Shown here: positions 39,822 through 49,049 of the stretch, piece after piece
Position numbering within the stretch: the first letter of the stretch is position 1
Layout of the letters: each line of letters begins with the position of its first letter
Source: a virus
IMG/VR virus record: IMGVR_UViG_3300016478_000246
Coordinates: 34,353-98,352 of that record
Strand: one strand, 5' to 3'
DNA length: 64,000 nucleotides
The notes under the pieces: model-generated
What the model was told of the DNA's origin: nothing
What the model saw: the letters and a program-made list of their open reading frames with translations, nothing else
The model's database searches: none
Translations under genes and position numbers: made by a program

Positions 39822-41389
39822 TGTTGTGTTATTGTAAAGTTTTTAATTTCACCATTATTACTATAAGCATCTTCTTCAATTTTAATGATTAAGTCAATAA
39901 TCATTTCTTCAAGCTGATCTTCAGGGATGCTTCCTGCAAGGATCTTACTATCAAATTCAACGTATTTGGCCGGTCTTTTATAAGTTGGAGAATATTTGTA
40001 TTGTGTATGACTGGTTATTATTCCAGCATTACAATCATATTCAACAGCCTCAGTCATAAATGATGGAGTAAAACTATCATCAGTTGGTTCAAGCTTGCCA
40101 GATTGATAATCAATACCATAAAACACAGTATCTTTTGTTACCGGGTCTTCGTATGGCACGGGATCAACTGAAAATGGGGCTAAATAAATATCAAGCATTT
40201 CATCTCCATTTGACGACTGCCTGTAATCTTGAAGATAAAACTCTGCCGCAAGGAAATGAAAATATGATTTCATTAGTATCCCATTAATAAACCAATACGG
40301 TTCAGACATTGCATAATGTACAGTATTAGTATTTATATAGCCAGTTTTGGTTGCATCATACCTGCCATTACACCTTTTATTATTCACATAATAGAAGCCG
40401 TCAGTTCTATAATGGATTTCATTAACTATGCCATAAGCATATTTTGTTAAGATTCCACTACTGGCAACACCCGTGTTTTTATTTGTTGTGGTTCCAGTAC
40501 CCAGGAATTTGTTCTTATTCCATTCAGTTGAATAAGTAGACCTACGAGTGTCTTCAATTCCATCCCAATAGCCACCATAGCCACCATAGCCATCATAATA
40601 AGTCCTTGCATTAGTATATACTTCAAATTCAGCTTGATAATTATTTGATCGGTCATATTCTATTGAATCAATTACATTGCCATCTTTTAAGACAAACAGC
40701 GTGTTTTGTTTTAAAGAATAAACTTCAACATTGTATTTGTTAATGCACTGCAATGACTCTTCAATTGATGAAAACCAAAAGCCGCCTTTATCATTCATAA
40801 AAAACAATGGTCTCTCAACTACCAGGGTTTTATCATGCCCATTTTTATAGTTGCGAGAAGCTCCTTTGAAAACTTTAATCAATGAATCACCGTTATTATG
40901 CTCATAAAACACAAAAGCACCAGCGCCATTGTACTCACTAAGCACATGATAGCCAACTTTATATACAATTTTAGCAAAAATCTGTGAGTCTGTTTCCGAT
41001 GCCAGAAATGGAACTTCGTATTTATTTGCCAACTCTTTGTAGTTTAAAAGAGTGCCATTGTGGATCATCGCAAATACAATTTCTCCGTTATCATCAGTTA
41101 TAGTTACAGGCTGTGCCTGCTGGAGCCCAATGGCCCCAACAGACGCTTTACGACAGTGTCCAAGTGCAAAGTCATCCCATGTAAAGTCAATAGCTTTCGC
41201 TTCTTTTGACTCAAGGAACTTCTTATATAGTTTAGTCTTGTCGTGCCCATAATGAACTGCGGTTGGACTTTTTTTCTTCTTAATCAAGACTCCGCAAGAA
41301 TCACCTCCACGAGTATCATTATAAAGACCAAGGATGTGAAATCTATATGTGTCTCTTGTTTTACCTACGTTTCCAAATATTCCGCACAT
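39818..41389 (-). CDS. Class II (Ntn) glutamine amidotransferase
   Basis: N-terminal 'MCGIFG', 'RGGDSCG', 'GHCRKAS', 'HNGTL', 'TDSQ', 'ERPLF'. Confidence 0.9.
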   Translation of the reverse strand: MCGIFGNVGKTRDTYRFHILGLYNDTRGGDSCGVLIKKKKSPTAVHYGHDKTKLYKKFLESKEAKAIDFTWDDFALGHCRKASVGAIGLQQAQPVTITDDNGEIVFAMIHNGTLLNYKELANKYEVPFLASETDSQIFAKIVYKVGYHVLSEYNGAGAFVFYEHNNGDSLIKVFKGASRNYKNGHDKTLVVERPLFFMNDKGGFWFSSIEESLQCINKYNVEVYSLKQNTLFVLKDGNVIDSIEYDRSNNYQAEFEVYTNARTYYDGYGGYGGYWDGIEDTRRSTYSTEWNKNKFLGTGTTTNKNTGVASSGILTKYAYGIVNEIHYRTDGFYYVNNKRCNGRYDATKTGYINTNTVHYAMSEPYWFINGILMKSYFHFLAAEFYLQDYRQSSNGDEMLDIYLAPFSVDPVPYEDPVTKDTVFYGIDYQSGKLEPTDDSFTPSFMTEAVEYDCNAGIITSHTQYKYSPTYKRPAKYVEFDSKILAGSIPEDQLEEMIIDLIIKIEEDAYSNNGEIKNFTITQQ

Positions 41390-41426
41390 TATGTTTGTTT
41401 GTTTTTAAATTAATAATTTTAAAAAA

Positions 41427-42518
41427 TTAAATTACTTCGTTAATTGCTTCACCAGCGTCTATATTCCTGGCTTCCCGATCACGCTCTCTTATAGCGGCAT
41501 CAAGTATTTGATTAAAGACTGCTCCACCTTGTAGTTTTACACCGTCAACCTGTGCAAAATCTATTGGTCTTGGTGCTACCCACCGAACATTAGCATCTTC
41601 CCAGGCGGCCTGCTTTTTAACAGGGTCCCTTAAAGGATCAATTGGTGCGTGTTTATCAAAGATAGCCTTCTTCTTTTGATTGTAATAAAAATACTGCTCA
41701 CGGATTTCATCCGGCACCAGGATATTATACTTTTCAATTAACTCTCTGGCAATGTCAGTATCGCCATTGTTGATACACGAAATAATCATGTTTTTATCTT
41801 CCTGGATTCTTTCAATGCCATTAAGATTTAGATAACCAATGGCTTTCATAATCTGATTGGTAGCAAATTCAAGCAAAAGACGGTTTGATAGCAGCATGCC
41901 GGAAAGAACGCGATACTCTACCCCAAAAGATGTAAATCTGAAACATCCAGCCTTGCCATACAATTCGCGACGACGAGTATCATTGTCGATTAATACAAAT
42001 GGCACGCCAAGGAACAAGTCCATAGCCTTAATCAAATTCATAGCGTCATCATCTGACACTTCATCAAACCCAACATGGAAATGGCATCCAGCGGAACGCA
42101 ATTGCAAATTCTCAGCAGTTGGTGGAATGTTAATCATCCCATCAAACCATGCATTAAAGTCTGGCGAACACCCAAATTGTTTAGCCTCATCACTCTCTAA
42201 CTCATGTTGTGGATAGATCATTGACGCGCCGAACGATGGCTCAAGCCCTTTAGGCTCCAGGAAGGTGTACAAATACTCAATCATGTTTGAAATATGTGTA
42301 ACCACTTCATATGGTGTATGACAGACTGGGATGTTGAACTCCCCTAATACATTATCTATTTGAAGTCCAAAACCCTCTCCAAGCTCTGGTATTGGCGTTG
42401 CTTTACCCTTAACTCCATCAATAATTCCAATTGATGATACTGGTTCGCCATCTTCTATATCTATAATGAAGAATTCAGGGTCACTTCCTAATGTAATGTT
42501 TTTAAAGATTGGTTTCAT
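41427..42518 (-). CDS. COOH-NH2 ligase type 2 (phiEco32-like)
   Basis: 'LGSDPEFF', 'DNVLGEFNIP', 'FGCSPDFNAW', 'RSAGCHFHVG', 'RRELYGKAGCFR', 'GVEYR'. Confidence 0.88.
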   Translation of the reverse strand: MKPIFKNITLGSDPEFFIIDIEDGEPVSSIGIIDGVKGKATPIPELGEGFGLQIDNVLGEFNIPVCHTPYEVVTHISNMIEYLYTFLEPKGLEPSFGASMIYPQHELESDEAKQFGCSPDFNAWFDGMINIPPTAENLQLRSAGCHFHVGFDEVSDDDAMNLIKAMDLFLGVPFVLIDNDTRRRELYGKAGCFRFTSFGVEYRVLSGMLLSNRLLLEFATNQIMKAIGYLNLNGIERIQEDKNMIISCINNGDTDIARELIEKYNILVPDEIREQYFYYNQKKKAIFDKHAPIDPLRDPVKKQAAWEDANVRWVAPRPIDFAQVDGVKLQGGAVFNQILDAAIRERDREARNIDAGEAINEVI

Positions 42519-43180
42519 TTTTTAATAATTTTAGAAATTAATTTGTTGATGTAATTTAATGTTTTTCCCTCCATATCACTTTCGGGATTCATATATTCAG
42601 GATGGCCCTGGACACATAAAGAATTTGTCTTTGGATAATAGACAATTTCGGGCTCTTTGAAAGACTCTGAGAATTCTACATACCCATCCACAGCATAATA
42701 TGAAGCGGAGCGCTTAGGCGCAGCCCAGGCGATAAGCTCATACTCATTATCTTGTAGAATATAAGGATTCATCATTTGATGGTGAGTTGAAGTAATAAAC
42801 AATTTCTCACCATCAGCAGTTTCTATCGGGTGCAAGCCCCCCATAGCATGACTCTGAACATCCTGAAATAAAACACCGCCATTCATTACCGTAAGGAATT
42901 GACTTCCACGGCAAATACCAACGAGTAGCTTACCAGATTCTTTGTAAGAGTCAAACACGGACTTTTCATGCACATCTCTTGAAAGATTAGACCCTGTCGT
43001 TGGAGACCGCTTTACTTCAATTGGATATAATGATGGGTCAACATCTTCTCCACCAGTAAAAATAATAATATCAGCCTCTTCGGCGTTATTCACAAGAGTG
43101 TAATTTGTTAAGAAATTAGCATAGTGTGAATCGTTGCTATATGCTGACTGATTAATCACATAGACCTTTAAATCTTGCAT
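42515..43180 (-). CDS. Class I glutamine amidotransferase / peptidase C26 (gamma-glutamyl hydrolase-like)
   Basis: 'FTGGEDVDP', 'GICRGSQ', 'STHHQ', 'VQGHPE' give the Cys-His-Glu triad. Probable start ATG 43180. Confidence 0.88.
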   Translation of the reverse strand: MQDLKVYVINQSAYSNDSHYANFLTNYTLVNNAEEADIIIFTGGEDVDPSLYPIEVKRSPTTGSNLSRDVHEKSVFDSYKESGKLLVGICRGSQFLTVMNGGVLFQDVQSHAMGGLHPIETADGEKLFITSTHHQMMNPYILQDNEYELIAWAAPKRSASYYAVDGYVEFSESFKEPEIVYYPKTNSLCVQGHPEYMNPESDMEGKTLNYINKLISKIIKK

Positions 43181-43964
43181 GTTGAAATAATGTTTCTTTA
43201 AGTTTTTTGTTAATTTTGTTTTTTTCAAGATCCTGCATAACATCATCTTCTGATTCAGGAGATATCTGTTTTGGTAGTGCTCCATTTCTCTGACAGCTAA
43301 TGAATTGATTGACATTCATGAAATCTGAAATAGCGTGGTCAAACCTACTCTGCAAAGAATCATTGTCAAATATATCTGTTGACCCTTCATTGTATCTATC
43401 ATAATGAATAGAATGACCTGGATTATCGTTTTCAAAACAATTTAATGCCAATGTAAATCTTTGTGCTAAATCAAGGTCCATAAAATCAATTTCTTTGCCC
43501 ATTAAAAACGCCAACTTAATAACGTAATTATAATTATTTTCAAACAAAACTCTTACCATCGCGGGGATAAGCCTTATTTGATAGAAGTTAACATCTTTAT
43601 TGGTGGTACAAGTAATCAAAATATAATCCTCATCATAATCCTCGCAAAGAAAAGTCCAATAGCCCATTGATATGTGAGTTAATAGCCCTAAATACTCTTT
43701 AACTTGCTCTTTGGTTATAAGACAATAATTATTAAGTCTTTTGGTGTTTTCTTTGTCAGTTATGCAAATTTTAATTTTAATGTGTCCATTAAAATCATAT
43801 CCATTTGGAGCATTATTATATAACTCTGAAAAACACACATAAGCAGAATTTAAATATTCTTCACCCCTAACGAGCTTTTTATCAATAGCGTTTCCTTTTT
43901 TACGCGTTAATTCATACGAATAATAAACCTGATAAACCAGCCCCTTAACCTTCATAATTATCAA
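43152..43964 (-). CDS. Hypothetical protein within the amidoligase cluster
   Basis: 270-aa ORF overlapping both enzyme neighbours. No family recognised. Confidence 0.65.
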   Translation of the reverse strand: MIIMKVKGLVYQVYYSYELTRKKGNAIDKKLVRGEEYLNSAYVCFSELYNNAPNGYDFNGHIKIKICITDKENTKRLNNYCLITKEQVKEYLGLLTHISMGYWTFLCEDYDEDYILITCTTNKDVNFYQIRLIPAMVRVLFENNYNYVIKLAFLMGKEIDFMDLDLAQRFTLALNCFENDNPGHSIHYDRYNEGSTDIFDNDSLQSRFDHAISDFMNVNQFISCQRNGALPKQISPESEDDVMQDLEKNKINKKLKETLFQHARFKGLCD

Positions 43965-44751
43965 TCATTTTTTTAAGTTGAACTTTATATTTTTCTAACC
44001 CCACTTCCCCTAAGCTTGACGCTGAATTAGTTTCTAAAATTACAAACTTAGGAATAAAGTCATTTTTACGGCCTTTTGATGTCTGGACCTTAACGTCACA
44101 TGAACAAATATCAAGACCTATGGCTTGCATAGCCTTAACGCATTCAGCAACAATATCATCCCAATTTGTTGGTCTGTCAAACAAAGGGTTTTCCTCAAGA
44201 ATCCACACTGAATTAACATCGTGACGGTGCCAGCGATCTTCGGCATCATTCTTTAGCATTTTACGACAGGCATAAAAGCAACCATCTTTTGTTACATGCA
44301 AACGATATTCTTTTGAGTACGACAAATACTTTTCAATAATATACTTGCTTAAAGAGTCTTTATGCTCATCAACAAATGCATTTAATTGTTCCTGGTTTTC
44401 AATAAAATAAATACCCTCACCTTTTGATGAATGAATGTGCTTAATAATCATTGGAAATTGCTTTTCTTCCTCAACATCTTCAAAGTTAATAAAATCTTCA
44501 AGGTGACTCCAGGGAGCGGTTTTGATTTCATGCTGGTCAAACAGCTCTTTCATAAGGATTTTATCCCCACTATTACGGCATGCTTCAACTGTATTAATTT
44601 CAATGATTTTACGACCCTTAGCAACTCCCTTAGGGAAGATGGCTTCAGTTGGTGTTGTGCTACCTAAGCGAAATACTGCTCTTACCGGCATTTCAATAGC
44701 GTCTTTAAGACCGTCAGCACTGTAGTTTTTAGTTCTAATCTTTAATTTCAT
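43945..44751 (-). CDS. ATP-grasp ligase (RimK/YheCD-like)
   Basis: 'DKILMKELF', 'FPMIIK..HSSKGEGIY', 'IIEKY', 'EYRLHV', 'GLDICSCDV', 'ILETNSASSL'. Confidence 0.85.
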   Translation of the reverse strand: MKLKIRTKNYSADGLKDAIEMPVRAVFRLGSTTPTEAIFPKGVAKGRKIIEINTVEACRNSGDKILMKELFDQHEIKTAPWSHLEDFINFEDVEEEKQFPMIIKHIHSSKGEGIYFIENQEQLNAFVDEHKDSLSKYIIEKYLSYSKEYRLHVTKDGCFYACRKMLKNDAEDRWHRHDVNSVWILEENPLFDRPTNWDDIVAECVKAMQAIGLDICSCDVKVQTSKGRKNDFIPKFVILETNSASSLGEVGLEKYKVQLKKMIDNYEG

Positions 44752-44763
44752 AATACTTAATTG

Positions 44764-45138
44764 TTAATAATTATTTTTGTTTTTAATCCAGCATCCAGAC
44801 TCAACTATTGGCTTATTTGCACAAAAGCTATTCCTTTGTGGGGCAAGGTAGTATAGCGTAGTTTCAATGCTTTCTGATAATTTGATTGTTTCTTTAAGAT
44901 ATAATGATGGATAACCTTCATACATATCAATTTCTTGTAAAGTTGTTTCGTCGCTGATTTCATAAGTCTCAAGATAAATAGGGTGCAACTCTTTACTCTT
45001 AATTAAAGCCGGGTAAGGGCCCAGGTCAATCATTTTAAAACCAATGTCATGGAATCCCACATGCACTAACTTTGCCTTGCCCAGCTTATAATGAGCCAGA
45101 AAACCCTTTTTTAACGTGCCATAAACCGATAATAACAT
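44764..45138 (-). CDS. Gamma-glutamylcyclotransferase (AIG2/GGCT-like)
   Basis: 'VYGTLKKG', 'GPYPAL', 'ETYEI', 'IDMYEGYPSLY'. Confidence 0.9.
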   Translation of the reverse strand: MLLSVYGTLKKGFLAHYKLGKAKLVHVGFHDIGFKMIDLGPYPALIKSKELHPIYLETYEISDETTLQEIDMYEGYPSLYLKETIKLSESIETTLYYLAPQRNSFCANKPIVESGCWIKNKNNY

Positions 45139-45141
45139 GAA

Positions 45142-46140
45142 TTAAATTAATAAATTGTTTAAAACTTTTAAAAAAACATCTTTCCCATGATTTTTATACA
45201 AATCGCTCGGGTCTTTCGATTCATATTCTGATGGAATTTCAATTTGTTTGAATCCATACATGCTTGCTAATTTCTCACCATTAATACGTCCCCAATTATT
45301 TTCACCATTAAAATCATTGTCATAAAGAACATATTTGTTTGTAAACCTTGAGTTTAACAAATCAACCACATGGCTCTTAAACACAACTGACTCCGCCTGC
45401 CCAGAAGTTGATGGGATATTAAGATTTTCCCATAAACACAAAGCATCTTTTCTTGAAGATGTTATTATAACCTTATCACCACTCTCTGGCAATTTAGACC
45501 ATAAATCCCATACGGACTTATTATGATTATTTATCCATTTGTAATCCTTACTGTATGGTTGATAGATTTTATATGTGGGAGTGTTGTCTTTAAACTCAAC
45601 ATACACATACGCATATTTCTCGGCCGGCACAGTGAAAGAAACGCCTTGTTTTTCAATGAAAACGTGAGTTATAGGGTATATGTCACCAAACTCTAAAAAT
45701 GGCTTAGAAATGCCGTATTTAGCCCAAAAATCAAGGTCATAATTACGCCACTCCCTGGTCTTAACTTGTATTTTAGTTGGGACAGATTTAAACTCACGCT
45801 TAACGCCTTTATAATCTATTTTAATAAGCTCACCAGGTGGTATTTTTAATATTACCTCTTCATAAACTTTGTTTAAAACGTCTTGAAATGATAATTTATA
45901 CATCTTCATAAGCAAATCAAATACTCCTCCAGCATCACGCGTCGAGTAATCATAATAAACAAGTTTGCCGCTTTCATTGTAATACAACCCAAAGGAAGGA
46001 CGGGTATCGTCCTCCCTTAGTGGGCTGCATATAACTGTTGGCAGATTTGTTATGCCAAGGTAAAATTCAAGAATTTTGGCTTCGTCGATATAGCAAAGTA
46101 TGTCATCAGGAGTTGTCGTCCTATTACCCTTTACTATCAT
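45142..46140 (-). CDS. DNA primase (crAss DnaG-type)
   Basis: 'SPLREDDTRPSF', 'KIYQPY', 'ITSSRKDALCL', TOPRIM 'YDND', 'KDPSD'. Confidence 0.85.
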   Translation of the reverse strand: MIVKGNRTTTPDDILCYIDEAKILEFYLGITNLPTVICSPLREDDTRPSFGLYYNESGKLVYYDYSTRDAGGVFDLLMKMYKLSFQDVLNKVYEEVILKIPPGELIKIDYKGVKREFKSVPTKIQVKTREWRNYDLDFWAKYGISKPFLEFGDIYPITHVFIEKQGVSFTVPAEKYAYVYVEFKDNTPTYKIYQPYSKDYKWINNHNKSVWDLWSKLPESGDKVIITSSRKDALCLWENLNIPSTSGQAESVVFKSHVVDLLNSRFTNKYVLYDNDFNGENNWGRINGEKLASMYGFKQIEIPSEYESKDPSDLYKNHGKDVFLKVLNNLLI

Positions 46141-46145
46141 AATGA

Positions 46146-47045
46146 TTATTGATTAAACCAATCGTCAGCTATAGAAGAGTCTGCACCACTACCCATCAAT
46201 GGGTCAGCTTCAATTGCTGCGCCAGGAGACTCGAATGATGTTGCATTTAAAGTATAGCGACGCATGGTAAAGTCTGATGGTCCAAAGTCAACATTAGCAT
46301 AAGCCCCTGCTGCTTTACGCTCCATAAGGTCTTTAGTGAGATATTGTAAGTCGCGAGTGCCAAACTTAAGTGGCTTTTGTGTAAACCATGTGTGATATTG
46401 CTTGTTATCATCAGTGGTTCTTACACCAACAAGCATTTTCATTTTATTTTCGTTGTAAGTCTTTAAAACTGATGCAATTTCTTTAACATCACCCGTAAGG
46501 AACTTTTTAATGTCAGAGAATGCAATCTTAGCATCGTCAAGATTAGCTATCATCTTGCCTTTGTACTCGCGATTAGGCACATTTAAGTATTGGCGCAGGA
46601 ACATAATCACATCCGCCTCACCAACATATGCTGCACGCATTCCATCAGGACTAAAAAAGCTTAAATTTTCAGGGATTGTTTTCGACTGAATATCTTCTTT
46701 AGTTAGCCAAGTTGTTTCTCCATATACATTAATTACTTCAAATTTTGTCTTGTCTTTATTTGCGCGTGGACGGTCTTCAAGAAAATAAGCTATTTTGTCA
46801 ATAACTTCAACATTACAATCTTTAGTTAAAACTGTTTTAATGATAAAGTCAAGACGCAGTTTTTTAACCATCTTCCCATCAACATCTTCTTCTTTAAGAT
46901 ATTCAGGCTCTTTTTCGAGCTCTCGCCCATAAATCTTTTCAAGTTCTTTCTTTGTCGGATTAACCGCCAAAATAGTGAATGGTACTACACCTGTGAACAA
47001 AATCTTCTCTCCAAATTCAACCGTTTTTCTACCTGTTACTACCAT
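46146..47045 (-). CDS. Putative single-stranded DNA-binding protein
   Basis: 'LFTGV...AVNPTKKEL', 'RAAYVGE', acidic/aromatic C-terminal tail 'DDWFNQ'. Between ATPase and primase, as in crAss-like phages. Confidence 0.65.
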   Translation of the reverse strand: MVVTGRKTVEFGEKILFTGVVPFTILAVNPTKKELEKIYGRELEKEPEYLKEEDVDGKMVKKLRLDFIIKTVLTKDCNVEVIDKIAYFLEDRPRANKDKTKFEVINVYGETTWLTKEDIQSKTIPENLSFFSPDGMRAAYVGEADVIMFLRQYLNVPNREYKGKMIANLDDAKIAFSDIKKFLTGDVKEIASVLKTYNENKMKMLVGVRTTDDNKQYHTWFTQKPLKFGTRDLQYLTKDLMERKAAGAYANVDFGPSDFTMRRYTLNATSFESPGAAIEADPLMGSGADSSIADDWFNQ

Positions 47046-47263
47046 GTTTTGTAAATTTTTAAAAGTTCTTTTTTAACATTATTTAAATACTTAATCTCAT
47101 CTGCATTATGCGGGCTTACACAACCCAACATCTCATCTACGCATTTAATTGTAAAATTAAAAGTTGTCCATTTTAAAGGATTTCTATCTTCATCAAAGAC
47201 GGAAAACTCTTCTAACAAATGTTTTGCTTTATCAGCAGCAGTTGTTATTAATTTGCCGCTCAT
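47039..47263 (-). CDS. Hypothetical protein
   Basis: 74 aa, 'CVDEML...YLNNVKKEL' small phage protein pattern. Confidence 0.55.
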   Translation of the reverse strand: MSGKLITTAADKAKHLLEEFSVFDEDRNPLKWTTFNFTIKCVDEMLGCVSPHNADEIKYLNNVKKELLKIYKTW

Positions 47264-47265
47264 AA

Positions 47266-47610
47266 TTAAATTTTGTAGTATTTCCTAATAGTGTCATCAA
47301 CTAATTTGAGGCTATTAGGTATTAAAAAATCATCAAACATTCCTATTGGACTCTTGGCCGAACTTTGGTTGGCTTTAGTCTCAAAACAAAATGTGTTATT
47401 TCCATCTCCATCTGACTCTACATTGGTAAACAGACAAATGGGGTAAAAACTTTCTGGTGGCTGACGCTTAGACTTTTTACCAATTACACTAAGCATCTTT
47501 TTCTCTTTGCCATTAACATCAGTAACCAATTCTACGTGACCCATAATATATGCTATCTGGTCTGGACGTAACAAAGTGTTACATAATGTATTTATTTCTA
47601 TCAAATCGTT
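47266..47610 (-). CDS. AAA ATPase (AAA_24/Sak4-like), exon 2
   Basis: Begins AAC right after the intron's terminal G. Contains 'IMGH', 'GKK', 'SAKSPIGMF', 'IPNSL'. Confidence 0.85.
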   Translation of the reverse strand, partial: NDLIEINTLCNTLLRPDQIAYIMGHVELVTDVNGKEKKMLSVIGKKSKRQPPESFYPICLFTNVESDGDGNNTFCFETKANQSSAKSPIGMFDDFLIPNSLKLVDDTIRKYYKI

Positions 47611-47654
47611 CAATTTTGTTATCGCACAAGCTCTTTATCTTATGCTTCTATACA

Positions 47655-48635
47655 TTACTGCATAGTTCGGACTATATCTTCATCATCACTATTCGTGATG
47701 AGCGAGGCACTCGTGTCAGCATTACTATCCTCAGCATTATCTGTTTGGATTCGGCTGTTAGTCTCTGAACCTTCAAAAGCATTACTGCTTAAGCTTGGCT
47801 GCTGATCGTCCTTTCCAGGGTTTCCCAGCAATTCACCTCGTTTTACATAACCAATGAATTTTGTTTTATCATATATTTTTCGCAACATAGAATCGCATAA
47901 GTATTCTTTAATTGTCTCTGTAAATAACTCTCTACTTTTAACTTGAATATAAATAACAAATTTGTCTTTGTTTTTATGAATAGAGGCGTGTATGCCAAAA
48001 TTATCATATAAAACTTTAACAAGTTTTTCAACATATTCGTAATCAAATCCATTTGTAGATAAGTAGTAAGAAGACATGTTTGAAGATCCATCATCCATAA
48101 ACCAAATAGCTAGTCCAAGAGGATTAAGTCTATATACAGAGTCAGGTACTATTTTTTTATGCTTATACCATTCTTCCCTATAAATATTAAAAGATATATT
48201 TACTTGTGATTCAATCCTTATATAGCCATTATCTTTTATCTTTCTTCCTTTTATGTAGCTATCAAATTTTCTTTCGGCACATTCTCTTATTTTCATCTCG
48301 AGCCCATATTTTTTTAATAATTCGTATTTATGCATAACATAATCTTTTTGGACTAAACTATGGTTGATAGTAAACATTCCATTAGATTTTTTAATTATGC
48401 ACCCATCACCAAGAAGACTTCCAATTATAATTTGGTCAACTTCTGGGGAAATTATTAATGGCTTCGAGGCATTCATTTTATTCCTATGAGCCATATATTC
48501 TGAGAATGTAACTGTTGAGAATTCAGCCTTAAATTCTTTTGCTTTTGTAAGCTTAATGTTGAATTTCTCCGAAAGCTCTTTAGCTGTAATAAACTTGTTT
48601 TCTTCAAATGCTTTTTTTATTAATTCTATATCCAT
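47655..48635 (-). CDS. Intron-encoded LAGLIDADG homing endonuclease
   Basis: 'IIIGSLLGDGCI' and 'GLAIWFMDDGS' motifs. The C-terminal tail is translated through the ribozyme core. Likely start 48635 (alternative 48656). Confidence 0.9.
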   Translation of the reverse strand: MDIELIKKAFEENKFITAKELSEKFNIKLTKAKEFKAEFSTVTFSEYMAHRNKMNASKPLIISPEVDQIIIGSLLGDGCIIKKSNGMFTINHSLVQKDYVMHKYELLKKYGLEMKIRECAERKFDSYIKGRKIKDNGYIRIESQVNISFNIYREEWYKHKKIVPDSVYRLNPLGLAIWFMDDGSSNMSSYYLSTNGFDYEYVEKLVKVLYDNFGIHASIHKNKDKFVIYIQVKSRELFTETIKEYLCDSMLRKIYDKTKFIGYVKRGELLGNPGKDDQQPSLSSNAFEGSETNSRIQTDNAEDSNADTSASLITNSDDEDIVRTMQ

Positions 48636-48657
48636 TTGTATAAATTTTAAATTCATA

Positions 48658-48688
48658 CAAATATACGAAAAATATTTGAATTATGCAA
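48658..48688 (-). promoter_or_regulatory. Bacteroidota-type promoter inside the intron, driving the homing endonuclease
   Basis: TTG (48688-48686), 20-nt spacer, TATATTTG (48665-48658). Confidence 0.65.
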
Positions 48689-48689
48689 T

Positions 48690-49049
48690 AGCTATGTCGC
48701 GCCATTGATCAAATGAAAGGCGACGCCTATCATTATATTCTTTGTACGCGAGATATAAGTTAATCGTATCAAGCGCAACGGACTTAATAGCTGGATTTTT
48801 AGATATTAAAGTTAACATCTTCTTAATCTCATTAATGTCATTAGTTGCAATTGTGTTACGATTCTCTTCGCTCCACATTCCACCGGGGATAGGCAAATCT
48901 TTCATATCTAAATTAAATATAAAGTGGGATTTTGGGTCCATACCTTTATACCCTTCTTTAGTGAAATTAACCGACCCGTCAGGATTTACAATTGTTGAGG
49001 TTGTTTTACCTTCACCCGACATACCAAATATGCCACAAATTTTTGCCAT
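48690..49049 (-). CDS. AAA ATPase (AAA_24/Sak4-like), exon 1
   Basis: Walker A 'GMSGEGKTT', Walker B 'VALDT'. Ends at the U of the 5' splice site. Confidence 0.85.

Larger units (their letters stand above)
47611..48689 (-). mobile_element. Group I intron (1079 nt) interrupting the AAA ATPase gene
   Basis: Core elements on the minus strand: P AATTGCTGGGAAA, Q GATCAGCAGCC, R TCAGAGACTA, S AAGATATAGTCC, P3 CGAGGT/GCCTCG. P1 is exon ACATAGCT paired with IGS GGTTATGT (47852-47845), with the U-G wobble. Terminal G at 47611. Splicing restores the frame ...WRDIA|NDLIEI... Confidence 0.92.

Noticed and set aside
47266-49049. Two separate small genes, a pseudogene or an intein
   Set aside because: There is an in-frame stop, and group I core elements with precise splice sites restore one ATPase frame.
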